Virus record (IMG/VR): IMGVR_UViG_3300042508_000221
Coordinates: 1 to 64,000 of that record
DNA: 64,000 bases
Origin: a virus
Reading direction: 5' to 3' (one strand)
A program made the position numbers and the translations under genes. The notes beneath the pieces are model-generated. The model was given only the letters and a program-made list of their open reading frames with translations, was not told where the DNA came from and made no database searches. This document shows positions 36,816-44,786 of the stretch, piece by piece. Each line of letters starts with the position of its first letter. Position 1 is the stretch's first letter.

Positions 36816-38224
36816 CCGTCACTTCCGCATCTCGCCCGCGACTGAGCAACAACCGCAGCCTGTGGACCACGGCTTCGCCCGTCACGCCGTGGGTGCGGCC
36901 GTCCGAATGGCTATCTCTACCAGACGTGACTGGGCAGCAGCGATTTGCTGGCTTACATCGAATTGACGTTGATGGCAATTTCGCTGCGATCACTGCGGCT
37001 GGCGCGTACACCGTGGACTGGGGCGACGGCACAACAACCAATCACGCCACCGGCACAACGGCTCAAAAGCAGTACGACTATGCGACGATCAGCAGCACTG
37101 GAGAATCGACGCTCGGCTACAGGCAGGTGATCATTCAAGTCTATCCGCAGAGCGGACAAAACTTGACAAGCGTGAATCTCTCCGTCCGACACAGCGCGAC
37201 AGCCAACAACTATTCTAGCGGCTGGTTGGATGTTGTGGTCAATGGCAACTCCATCGCGACGTTGGTATTTGGCGGAGCTAATGTGGCCGCCCGGTATCTC
37301 CAGCAGGCCACGGTGCTGCAAAATGCACTAACGTCCACAGCAAGTATGTTTCAGAACTGCCATGTGCTTCAGTCGGTGCCGCTGTTCAACACAGCCTCTG
37401 TAACAACGATGACAAGCATGTTCCACGGCTGTCACTCCCTTCAGACCGTGCCGCTGTTCAACACAGCGCTGGTGACCAACATGTCCAATATGTTCTCCTA
37501 CTGTCACTCCCTTCAGACCGCGCCGCTGTTTAACACCGCCGCAGCGACGAACATCTCCGGTATGTTCTCAAACTGTTATTCCCTTCAGTCGGTGCCGCTG
37601 TTTAATACCGCCGCAGCGACGAACACCTCCAGTATGTTCGCAAACTGTTATTCCCTTCAGACCGTGCCGCTATTCAATACGGCACTGGTGACCAACATGT
37701 CCGCTATGTTTCAAAACTGCCCATCGCTTCAATCTATTCCGCTATTCAATACGGCGATGGTGACCTTCATGTCCAATATGTTTCAAAACTGCCAATCGCT
37801 TCAAGCTATTCCGCTATTCAATACTGCATCTGCTACTAGCATGGATCGTATGTTTAGCGGATGCTCGGGGCTTGTGACGGTTCCGCAACTCAATACGTCG
37901 GCGTGCGTAAATGCTTTCCAGATGTTTAACCAAGCCTTTTCTTTGGCTTCTTTGCCAGCGCTAAACCTGCCGGCTGTGTCATTAGCCGCTAACATAAGTG
38001 GATTTGTATCCCAATGCCCTTCGCTTGCATCCGTCGCTTGCACCGGCATCAACCAGACGGTGTCGTTTGCGTCCTGCAAACTCTCTGCGGCACAGATCAA
38101 CGCAATCTTCACCAACCTCTCGTCATCCGGCTCTGGCAAGACGATCACGGTCGCTGGAAACTACGGTGCCGCGACCTGCACTCCATCTATTGCCACCGCC
38201 AAGGGATGGACGGTGACGACATGA
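36812..38224 (+). CDS. BspA/DUF285-like leucine-rich-repeat surface protein with a PKD-like N-terminal part
   Basis: About ten 22-aa repeats MF..C.SLQ.VPLFNT..VT.M; TVDWGDG. Confidence 0.85.
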   Translation: MTVTSASRPRLSNNRSLWTTASPVTPWVRPSEWLSLPDVTGQQRFAGLHRIDVDGNFAAITAAGAYTVDWGDGTTTNHATGTTAQKQYDYATISSTGESTLGYRQVIIQVYPQSGQNLTSVNLSVRHSATANNYSSGWLDVVVNGNSIATLVFGGANVAARYLQQATVLQNALTSTASMFQNCHVLQSVPLFNTASVTTMTSMFHGCHSLQTVPLFNTALVTNMSNMFSYCHSLQTAPLFNTAAATNISGMFSNCYSLQSVPLFNTAAATNTSSMFANCYSLQTVPLFNTALVTNMSAMFQNCPSLQSIPLFNTAMVTFMSNMFQNCQSLQAIPLFNTASATSMDRMFSGCSGLVTVPQLNTSACVNAFQMFNQAFSLASLPALNLPAVSLAANISGFVSQCPSLASVACTGINQTVSFASCKLSAAQINAIFTNLSSSGSGKTITVAGNYGAATCTPSIATAKGWTVTT

Positions 38225-38409
38225 GCGAAGAGGCAGGGTTCTACAAGCGCGACCCAGATTCGGGCGAGTTGTTGTTTGCGCCGAATGGTGTCTACGGGCC
38301 GGGGTTTACGTTGCTCGCACCGCAGCGCGCGGAATACAGCTACCCAGTGGATGGCTGGGGGTGGTTTGAAACCCGCGAAGAGGCGACGAGGGCGTGGCGT
38401 GAAGGGTGA
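38221..38409 (+). CDS. Small hypothetical protein
   Basis: ATGA coupling; GFYK...APN.V...YPVDGW.WF. Confidence 0.65.
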   Translation: MSEEAGFYKRDPDSGELLFAPNGVYGPGFTLLAPQRAEYSYPVDGWGWFETREEATRAWREG

Positions 38410-38557
38410 GCCACTCTCCCGTGAATACTTGCTCGCCAGAGGAAAATGCTGCGGCATGAGCTGCGTGAACTGCCCGTATGGAGATGAGCAGTGCTCAATT
38501 GGCTGCGAAGACAAACCGACGACCTCTTCGGTCGCTCAGGCGCATGGGCCAGGGTGA
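38399..38557 (+). CDS. Small Cys-rich protein (DUF5522-like)
   Basis: L.RG.CCG.SC.NCPY. Confidence 0.55.
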   Translation: MKGEPLSREYLLARGKCCGMSCVNCPYGDEQCSIGCEDKPTTSSVAQAHGPG

Positions 38558-38796
38558 GGCGGGAGCATCTATCCAGGGAGCCGGCCTGCATCGCGTGCGG
38601 GCGCGACGATGAGCTGGAGGTGCATCACATCCAGCCGTACCACGCAGACCCGGCGCTCGAGCTTGATCCCGGCAACCTCGCGACCATGTGCCGAGACTGC
38701 CACTACTCCGTCGCGCACGCCTACGACTGGAGGTCGTGGAGGCCCGACGTGCGGAGGATTGCCGAGGCTATCAAGACCGCTGAAGTGAAACGCTAG
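38491..38796 (+). CDS. HNH endonuclease (packaging-associated type)
   Basis: W..VR..HL..EP.C..CG, VHHI.P, NL..MCRDCH. Confidence 0.85.
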   Translation: MLNWLRRQTDDLFGRSGAWARVRREHLSREPACIACGRDDELEVHHIQPYHADPALELDPGNLATMCRDCHYSVAHAYDWRSWRPDVRRIAEAIKTAEVKR

Positions 38797-39683
38797 ACCA
38801 CCTTCGGCAGCACGCTCGGGGCGGGCACGCCTGGGCTGACGATGCGAGGGTCGAGGTACTTCTTCGTCACCGCTGGGCTGGAGTGATCAAGAAGTCGCTG
38901 GGCCGACCCGCCGGCAGCCTCGTAGTAGCTCGCCGTCGTCTTGCGGATGCGGTGAAACTTGCACCGGCGGTCGCTGGGCAGGCCCGCCCGCTGGAGGATG
39001 ATCTTCAGTATCCGCCAGAGACAGGTGTGGTGCCGATCCCACGGGATCGCGGTGTCGTCGGGGCCGCGGCGAATCGCCAGGAGGGCGTCGGCGCACTCGA
39101 CGCTGATCTCGCGGAGGATGTCCCGCCGCCTGCCCTTCCGCTCCTCGGCCCTGAAGATGACGTTGCACCCGCGCACGTCGGAGGCCCGCACCTCGACGAC
39201 CGAGGCGATGCGCTCCCCCGTGTCGTAGCACAGCAAGAGAATGGCCTTCCACACCGAGGCGGCCTGAAAGCCACCGATGCGGCCTTGCTCCTGGGCGGCA
39301 GACGCCAGGATCGCCTTCATCTCGTCAGTCAGCCACGCCTCTGGGATTCGCTCGGGCACGATGATCCTGGGCACCTGCGGCCAAGTGTCACAGAGCTTCC
39401 GGCGGGCGCAGAACTCCCAGAGGGCGCGAAGCTGGGCCCGGTCTTTCGCCGCCGTGGCCGCCGACATCTCGCGGACGCGGTGGGCCAGAAAACGGGCAAC
39501 CGCGAGTTCTTCGAGGTCGCTTGTCTCTGGCGGTCGCCCGAGCACCGCCCCCCAGGAGCGGAGGGTGTAGCCATAGAGGGTGATGGTGCGGTCGCTGACT
39601 CCGGTCAGCGGAGCGTAAAGATCGACGAGAACGCGATGCAATGTCACGGTGTGATTCTCCCTCTTGAGAAGTACCACCTCCAT
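38793..39683 (-). CDS. int: Tyrosine integrase (start codon uncertain)
   Basis: Catalytic residues present: TGER, FHRIRK, LLDHS, TKKY. Confidence 0.9.
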   Translation of the reverse strand: MEVVLLKRENHTVTLHRVLVDLYAPLTGVSDRTITLYGYTLRSWGAVLGRPPETSDLEELAVARFLAHRVREMSAATAAKDRAQLRALWEFCARRKLCDTWPQVPRIIVPERIPEAWLTDEMKAILASAAQEQGRIGGFQAASVWKAILLLCYDTGERIASVVEVRASDVRGCNVIFRAEERKGRRRDILREISVECADALLAIRRGPDDTAIPWDRHHTCLWRILKIILQRAGLPSDRRCKFHRIRKTTASYYEAAGGSAQRLLDHSSPAVTKKYLDPRIVSPGVPAPSVLPKVV

Positions 39684-39701
39684 GCGAAACAGCAATCCCG
39701 A

Positions 39702-39725
39702 CGCGCCCCCCCGGTGGGGGGCGCG
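39702..39725. other. Perfect GC-rich inverted repeat upstream of int
   Basis: CGCGCCCCCC-CGGT-GGGGGGCGCG. Confidence 0.7.
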
Positions 39726-39744
39726 AATGGTCGGTTTTTGCGGC

Positions 39745-39954
39745 CTATAGCAGCTTGGCTAACTTTTCCGGCGTCAGGACAAATGCGTTCGTGAGCCGGC
39801 AGGTCGGCCACTCGGCCCCAATGGTCAGCCGCCATTTTTTTCTCGCCTTCTCCACGGCCAGAGCCGGGGTGTCAGTCACAACCACGATCTCGTCGGCGTC
39901 CTCGACGGCGTTCCCAGAGTCCGACCACTCGCAAATCACGGTGTAGCGGGGCAT
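39745..39954 (-). CDS. Small hypothetical protein (69 aa)
   Basis: GGAGG SD 6 nt before ATG on the minus strand. Confidence 0.6.
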   Translation of the reverse strand: MPRYTVICEWSDSGNAVEDADEIVVVTDTPALAVEKARKKWRLTIGAEWPTCRLTNAFVLTPEKLAKLL

Positions 39955-40034
39955 CAGGCACCTCCATGTGTCCTTGTGGCGGCTGGCTTTTTGCCGGCCG
40001 GTCGGGCACCATGCGGGGGTGCCCGACGCCACTA

Positions 40035-40054
40035 TTCAAATCCCCTATCCTCCA
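40035..40054 (+). other. Putative attP core matching a tRNA-Ala 3' end
   Basis: TTCAAAT CCCCT ATCCTCC A corresponds to T-loop, 3' T-stem, 3' acceptor strand with U70, and discriminator A73. Confidence 0.7.
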
Positions 40055-40154
40055 TTTGTAAATAGGAGCCGTGGCGGTTTTTCGGGAAATTGGCTTTTGT
40101 CCCTGTCCCAGGGGTATCCTGCCCGTGGCGGCAAGACCGCCAGAAGGCGGACAC

Positions 40155-40697
40155 ATGGCGAAGAAGAAGCAGATCGATCAAGCGATTGGAAGCTGGGAGG
40201 CGGCGTGCCTCCTGGGCGTTCATTGGACGACCCCGGCCCGAATGGTCGAAAAGGGGCTCCTGACGAGCCGCACGCTGGCATCCCCAGTGGTCAGCGACCC
40301 CGAGCGGGTCTTCACGGTCTACTCGCTCGCCGAGTGCGAGGCAGACTGGGAAGAATACGCCGAACAGTTGAAGCATGGCGGTTCTGGCAAACGGCCGCGT
40401 GCTGGAGTCGACCTCCGGCCTCCGATGGTCAAGGCGCTAGCCGCGCTCGAGCACAAGATCGCATTCGGCGATGCCGTCTCCACGGGTGAGGCCGCAGAGA
40501 TCATGGGCGTCCATTGGACGTTTCCGCCGCGGATGGCGCAGCAGGGAAAGATCGTCGGTCGCATCGTCGTGAACGCGAGGAACAAGCGAAGCCGATGTTG
40601 GATTTTCTCGCGGGCGAGCTGCGAAGCAAACGTGTCCACTGCCCGCCGTCTCCAAGCCGCTGGCAAGAAAAAAGGCCGGCACCGAAACCTCGCTTGA
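40155..40697 (+). CDS. Tandem MerR/Xis-like HTH DNA-binding protein
   Basis: Two copies of EAA..(L/M)GVHWT.P.RM...G. Confidence 0.75.
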   Translation: MAKKKQIDQAIGSWEAACLLGVHWTTPARMVEKGLLTSRTLASPVVSDPERVFTVYSLAECEADWEEYAEQLKHGGSGKRPRAGVDLRPPMVKALAALEHKIAFGDAVSTGEAAEIMGVHWTFPPRMAQQGKIVGRIVVNARNKRSRCWIFSRASCEANVSTARRLQAAGKKKGRHRNLA

Positions 40698-40723
40698 CGA
40701 AGTGTTGATCAGTCGCCTATCAT
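40694..40723 (+). promoter_or_regulatory. Candidate sigma70 promoter for the replication genes
   Basis: TTGACG, 18 nt spacer, TATCAT. Confidence 0.55.
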
Positions 40724-40750
40724 CCTGCCCACGCAAAGGAGTGCAGCAGG

Positions 40751-42139
40751 ATGTTGTGGACCCATCAGCAGGAAGCGATCTCGTGGGCCGACGGCCGCAG
40801 GGATGTCCTTCTCTGGATCGGCATGGGGGCCGGGAAAACACGCACGACGCTCGAGATCATCAAGCGGGCCATGCTGGCCGGGTCGTTTCGTCGCATTCTC
40901 GTCGGCTGCCCGAAAGCCGTGATTCCCGCCTGGGCGAAGCAGGCGGCGATGTGGCTGCCTGAAATCCGCGTTGTCTTGCTTGACCGCGGCACCTCGGCCG
41001 ACAAAGGCCGGCAGATCGTGGCAGCGATGGCCGATACGTCGCCCGTGATCATCGTCGGCAACTACGAGTCGCTTTGGCGAATCAAAGAAGTTGAAAAGCT
41101 CTCCTGGGACTGCCTCGTGTGGGACGAAGTCCATCGCCTCAAGTCACCGTCGGGGGCGGCGAGCAAATGGGCGGCAAAGCTGTGCAAGAAGAACCCGACC
41201 GCGAAGCGGATCGGACTCTCGGGCACGCTCCTCGCCCAAAGCCCGCTCGACGCCTACGGGACATGGCGAGCCGTCGAATCGCCGGAATGTGCCACCTTTG
41301 GCACGACCTACACGCTGTTCAAGGCCACCTACGCGATCACGAATCCAGCCATCCCCGGCATGGTCATCGGCTGGAGGAACAAGGAGCAGTTTGCGGCCAG
41401 GGTCGCGGCCACGACGTTCCAGCGCAAAAGCGAGGATGTCCTTGACCTGCCGCCGATTCACCACGTTGAAGTGCCGGTCGAAATGACGGCCAAAGAAGGC
41501 AAGGTATACACGCAGCTTGAGAAGGACTTCTGCGCCGAGGTCGACGGGGGGTACATCACTCCCCAGAACGCGATGGTCGGTCTGCTGCGGATGCTCCAGG
41601 CCACCAGCGGCTTCATGCGGCTCGACGACACCGTCGCCGCGAGGCAGATCGACGAGACCCCGTCGAAGCGGGCGGCGTTCGCGGAGATGCTTGAGGATAT
41701 GCCCGAGCACGAACCGCTCGTCGTCTTCTGTCGGTTTCGCAGCGACATCGACAGCGTCCTCCACGTTTGCGACCAACTGGGTCGCACGGTGGGCGAGTTG
41801 TCGGGTAAAGTGGACGACCTTGCCGCGTGGCAGGCCGGGAAGACCGCCGTGCTGGTCGCTCAGATTCAAAGCGGCGGCATCGGCATCGACTTAACGCGGG
41901 CGAACGTGGGCGTCTTCTACAGCCTCGGCCACTCGCTCTCCGAATGGCTCCAGGCGATCGCCCGACTGCACCGCCCCGGCCAGGAACGACACACGCGATT
42001 TTTTAGTCTGGTTGCACAGCTACACGGCAAGACAACGGCCGACGGCCGCGTGTATGAAGCCCTCTCCAATCGAAAGGAAGTGATTGATGTCGTCTGCAAT
42101 TCCTACCGTGCAAGACAGTGCGCTGTCGACCGCACTTGA
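40751..42139 (+). CDS. SNF2-family helicase
   Basis: MGAGKT, DEVH, LSGT, GGIGIDLT, QAIARLHRPGQ. Confidence 0.9.
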   Translation: MLWTHQQEAISWADGRRDVLLWIGMGAGKTRTTLEIIKRAMLAGSFRRILVGCPKAVIPAWAKQAAMWLPEIRVVLLDRGTSADKGRQIVAAMADTSPVIIVGNYESLWRIKEVEKLSWDCLVWDEVHRLKSPSGAASKWAAKLCKKNPTAKRIGLSGTLLAQSPLDAYGTWRAVESPECATFGTTYTLFKATYAITNPAIPGMVIGWRNKEQFAARVAATTFQRKSEDVLDLPPIHHVEVPVEMTAKEGKVYTQLEKDFCAEVDGGYITPQNAMVGLLRMLQATSGFMRLDDTVAARQIDETPSKRAAFAEMLEDMPEHEPLVVFCRFRSDIDSVLHVCDQLGRTVGELSGKVDDLAAWQAGKTAVLVAQIQSGGIGIDLTRANVGVFYSLGHSLSEWLQAIARLHRPGQERHTRFFSLVAQLHGKTTADGRVYEALSNRKEVIDVVCNSYRARQCAVDRT

Positions 42140-42545
42140 ACAGATCAGTCAGATCGACCGCGAAATCGACGTGGCCGAGCTGACGGTGAAAGAACTGAAA
42201 AAGAAGCGGGATGTGCTCGCGAATCTGGCCGTCGAGGAGATGACGGCGGGGAGACTCGACGGAGTTCGGGTCGCCGGACGGAGTTGGCGAGTCGAGTGGG
42301 ATCACTCGATCAGCGCCACGGCCGAAAACAAGGATGCGGTCTTGGCTGCGGCACGGGCGGCAGGGATGGAGAAGCAGCTCATTGGCGTGAACACAAGCCA
42401 ATTGAAGTCTGTGCTCAAGGAGATGCACAAGGCAGCGGGAAAGGATGCCCGCGAGCCTTGGGCCGACGGCACGGCGTTCGCCGGCCTCGTCAGCGAGTTC
42501 GTTCGCCCCGTCCTGCGGCACCTCACGGTTGGAGGTGGCTCGTGA
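42087..42545 (+). CDS. Hypothetical protein with coiled-coil N-terminus
   Basis: AAGGA SD; position in the replication/recombination module. Confidence 0.65.
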   Translation: MSSAIPTVQDSALSTALEQISQIDREIDVAELTVKELKKKRDVLANLAVEEMTAGRLDGVRVAGRSWRVEWDHSISATAENKDAVLAAARAAGMEKQLIGVNTSQLKSVLKEMHKAAGKDAREPWADGTAFAGLVSEFVRPVLRHLTVGGGS

Positions 42546-42829
42546 GCAACGTCATCTCGCGACGAGTTGAGTTCCTCCCCAGCGGCGGCACCTGCACCAC
42601 GATTGAGTGGGAGGGCGGATTCAAGGTCTCGACCTACACGATGCCGACGCCCGACGGGGGCGTCTTGATTCGGCAGAACCGTGGCCCTCGCTACTCCCCA
42701 GGCAGCAACGGCTACCAGCGGGCGATGCGGACGATCGACGCCCGCGTTGAAGGCGGCGTGATCACGGCTGACGAGGGGCGGCGGATGGAGGAGGACTGCA
42801 TCACGCGGCTCGACCGCGAGGGCTGGTGA
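42542..42829 (+). CDS. Hypothetical protein
   Basis: GGAGG SD and GTGA coupling. Confidence 0.55.
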   Translation: MSNVISRRVEFLPSGGTCTTIEWEGGFKVSTYTMPTPDGGVLIRQNRGPRYSPGSNGYQRAMRTIDARVEGGVITADEGRRMEEDCITRLDREGW

Positions 42830-42901
42830 CAAGCGTTGCCGTCTCGGCGTGTTGCCGGGGCGGTGTGTTGATGGATCGATGACAAGCTCTAGGAGAAAAC
42901 C

Positions 42902-43684
42902 ATGAGCACAGCAATTTCGACGAACCTGAAGACGATCGACTACCCCGCGCTCTCGCCGACCAGTCGGCAGGCGCGGATCATCCAGGCCAATCTGGAAGGC
43001 GAGCCGATGCGGGAGCAGGACTTGATCCGCGTCCCCACGCCGGCCGGTGGGGGTACGATGTGGAGCATCGACAATCAGGGCAACGTGGAGACGACCGAGG
43101 AGATCGTCGGCCTGCTCGTCGCCGAGGGTCGCCGCGGCACGCTCTGGCCGAAAGACGACCCGTCGGATATGCGTCCCGTGATCGTGACGCACGATCTGCT
43201 CGTCGGATACCGCGTCTCGGATGATCTCGGAGATTGTGATCCAAAGGCCCTGGAACGGTATCGTATCGGCGATAGGAAATATGACTGGGCGGCACTGTCT
43301 ACCGGCCCAGAGTTCGGTTGGGGTAGCGGCAAGGGCGGCGGACGCAGCCGGAAGGTCAAGGAAAACCGCGTGCTCGCCATCCTCCGCGAGGGCGAGACAT
43401 GGCCGATGCTTGTGACCGTCGGGCCGGGGTCGCTTGCGAACTGGCTGCCGTTCAGGAAGCGGATGCCCTCGTTCGTCTACGAGTGCGTCATCGGCCTGAA
43501 GCTCCAGAAGATCAAGAATGCTGGCGGCCAGCCTTACTCGCAGATCGTGCCGCGAATCGTCGGCACCGTCAGCGAGGAGCAGGGCGATGTCGCTCTGAGG
43601 GTCTACCACACGCCCCTGACGCAGATGTTCAACGCGCCGCCCGCCGGTGCCACCGTGAACGCTGCCGACCTGGGCGACGAGTAG
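42902..43684 (+). CDS. Putative ssDNA-binding/annealing protein
   Basis: Strong SD; P....V.PGSL, KIKNAGGQPYS, acidic C-terminus. Confidence 0.5.
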   Translation: MSTAISTNLKTIDYPALSPTSRQARIIQANLEGEPMREQDLIRVPTPAGGGTMWSIDNQGNVETTEEIVGLLVAEGRRGTLWPKDDPSDMRPVIVTHDLLVGYRVSDDLGDCDPKALERYRIGDRKYDWAALSTGPEFGWGSGKGGGRSRKVKENRVLAILREGETWPMLVTVGPGSLANWLPFRKRMPSFVYECVIGLKLQKIKNAGGQPYSQIVPRIVGTVSEEQGDVALRVYHTPLTQMFNAPPAGATVNAADLGDE

Positions 43685-43904
43685 TTCTTTGCCGTCGGGC
43701 CGGCGGCGAGACACGCCGGTCTCCATCGTCCCTGCGTGCCGGTCGCCTATGCCTCGGCGTGGCGTCGTAACCCGAGGAAGTCGTCGCAGCTCACCCGTGC
43801 CAACTCTCGCGGGCCTGTGATGGCGAATTTAAACCCCGCGGGGCCGTCAGCTTTTGGCGGCTCCGCGGGGGGTTCTTTGCACAACAAACCAAAGGAGTGG
43901 ATCA

Positions 43905-44786
43905 ATGAGTTGGAAGGCGATATCGAGCGACAAGGAAAAGTATCAGGCGTATCTATGTAGTCGCGAGTGGTGCGCCAGACGCGAGGCCGTCAGGAAGCGA
44001 AGCGACGGCAAGTGCGAACGATGTCGCGTGAACGAGATGGATCACGTTCATCATCTGACATATGCCCGCAAATACGACGAGCCGCTGGATGACCTCCAGG
44101 CTCTCTGCAAGCAGTGCCATGAGTTTACGCACGGCAAGTGCGATTATGACCCTCGGGTCAACTCGCCGCTGTTTCTTGAGAGAGGAAAGCCAATCCGATC
44201 TGTCTATCTGGCAGGGAAAATCACTGGCGACGATTGGCGCGACGAGATAGTTGATGGCTGGAGCTACCAGAACCACTCTCCGTTTTATTATCAAGCAGTC
44301 GATTCTGACAGAGGCGACAAATGGGAAGTGGTTCCTCGCGCTGTTTCAGCGGCGTTTGGGTCTCGCCTTGATTACTTAGGGCCGTGGTGGTGCGATTTCG
44401 GTAGAGGCGGCGGTCACGGAGACTCTAATTGGTGCGGCGAGCCTCACGCATACACGCCCGTTGAATTTGATGATCACGGGGTCGGCGCGCTCCCGAGCGG
44501 AGCTGACCGAAGGCGTGCAATGTCGATCGTTCACAAAAACATCGACTCGGCGATCACTAAGTGCGACCTCCTGTTTGCTTGGATCAACTCAGACGACTGC
44601 TTCGGCACAATCTTTGAGATCGGATTGGCTGTCGCGCGAAGGAAGACAGTGGTCGTCGCAAGTCCGAAGGAATTCGATGATCACCAGATGTGGTTGTGCC
44701 AGCAGTTTGCGGCGACTCGCATTTTTGCGAATACGGCGGGAGAGGCGTGGAAGAAGCTCTGGAACCAAGTGGAGGCGAATGTATGA
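43905..44786 (+). CDS. HNH nuclease fused to a nucleoside 2-deoxyribosyltransferase-like domain
   Basis: Y..YL.S.EW...R, CERC, HVHHLTY, LCKQCH; then VYLAGKI ... I..CD...A.....GT..EIG.A....K.V. Confidence 0.7.
   Translation: MSWKAISSDKEKYQAYLCSREWCARREAVRKRSDGKCERCRVNEMDHVHHLTYARKYDEPLDDLQALCKQCHEFTHGKCDYDPRVNSPLFLERGKPIRSVYLAGKITGDDWRDEIVDGWSYQNHSPFYYQAVDSDRGDKWEVVPRAVSAAFGSRLDYLGPWWCDFGRGGGHGDSNWCGEPHAYTPVEFDDHGVGALPSGADRRRAMSIVHKNIDSAITKCDLLFAWINSDDCFGTIFEIGLAVARRKTVVVASPKEFDDHQMWLCQQFAATRIFANTAGEAWKKLWNQVEANV

Noticed and set aside
36812-38224. Diversity-generating retroelement (Mtd-like modules and repeats)
   Set aside because: No reverse transcriptase and no TR/VR pair differing only at adenines; the repeats are ordinary in-frame LRR units.
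25960-39695. Shufflon or invertible fibre cassette driven by the tyrosine recombinase
   Set aside because: All fibre genes are co-oriented, I saw no inverted recombination sites, and the recombinase has an adjacent attP-like tRNA fragment.
39980-40060. Complete tRNA gene
   Set aside because: Only the T-loop to discriminator segment is present; no matching 5' acceptor strand, D arm or anticodon arm.
42302-43726. 474-aa minus-strand ORF and other long antisense ORFs (e.g. 7548-8456, 24484-25545, 61616-62725)
   Set aside because: Shadow ORFs of high-GC coding genes on the opposite strand, with no recognisable motifs.
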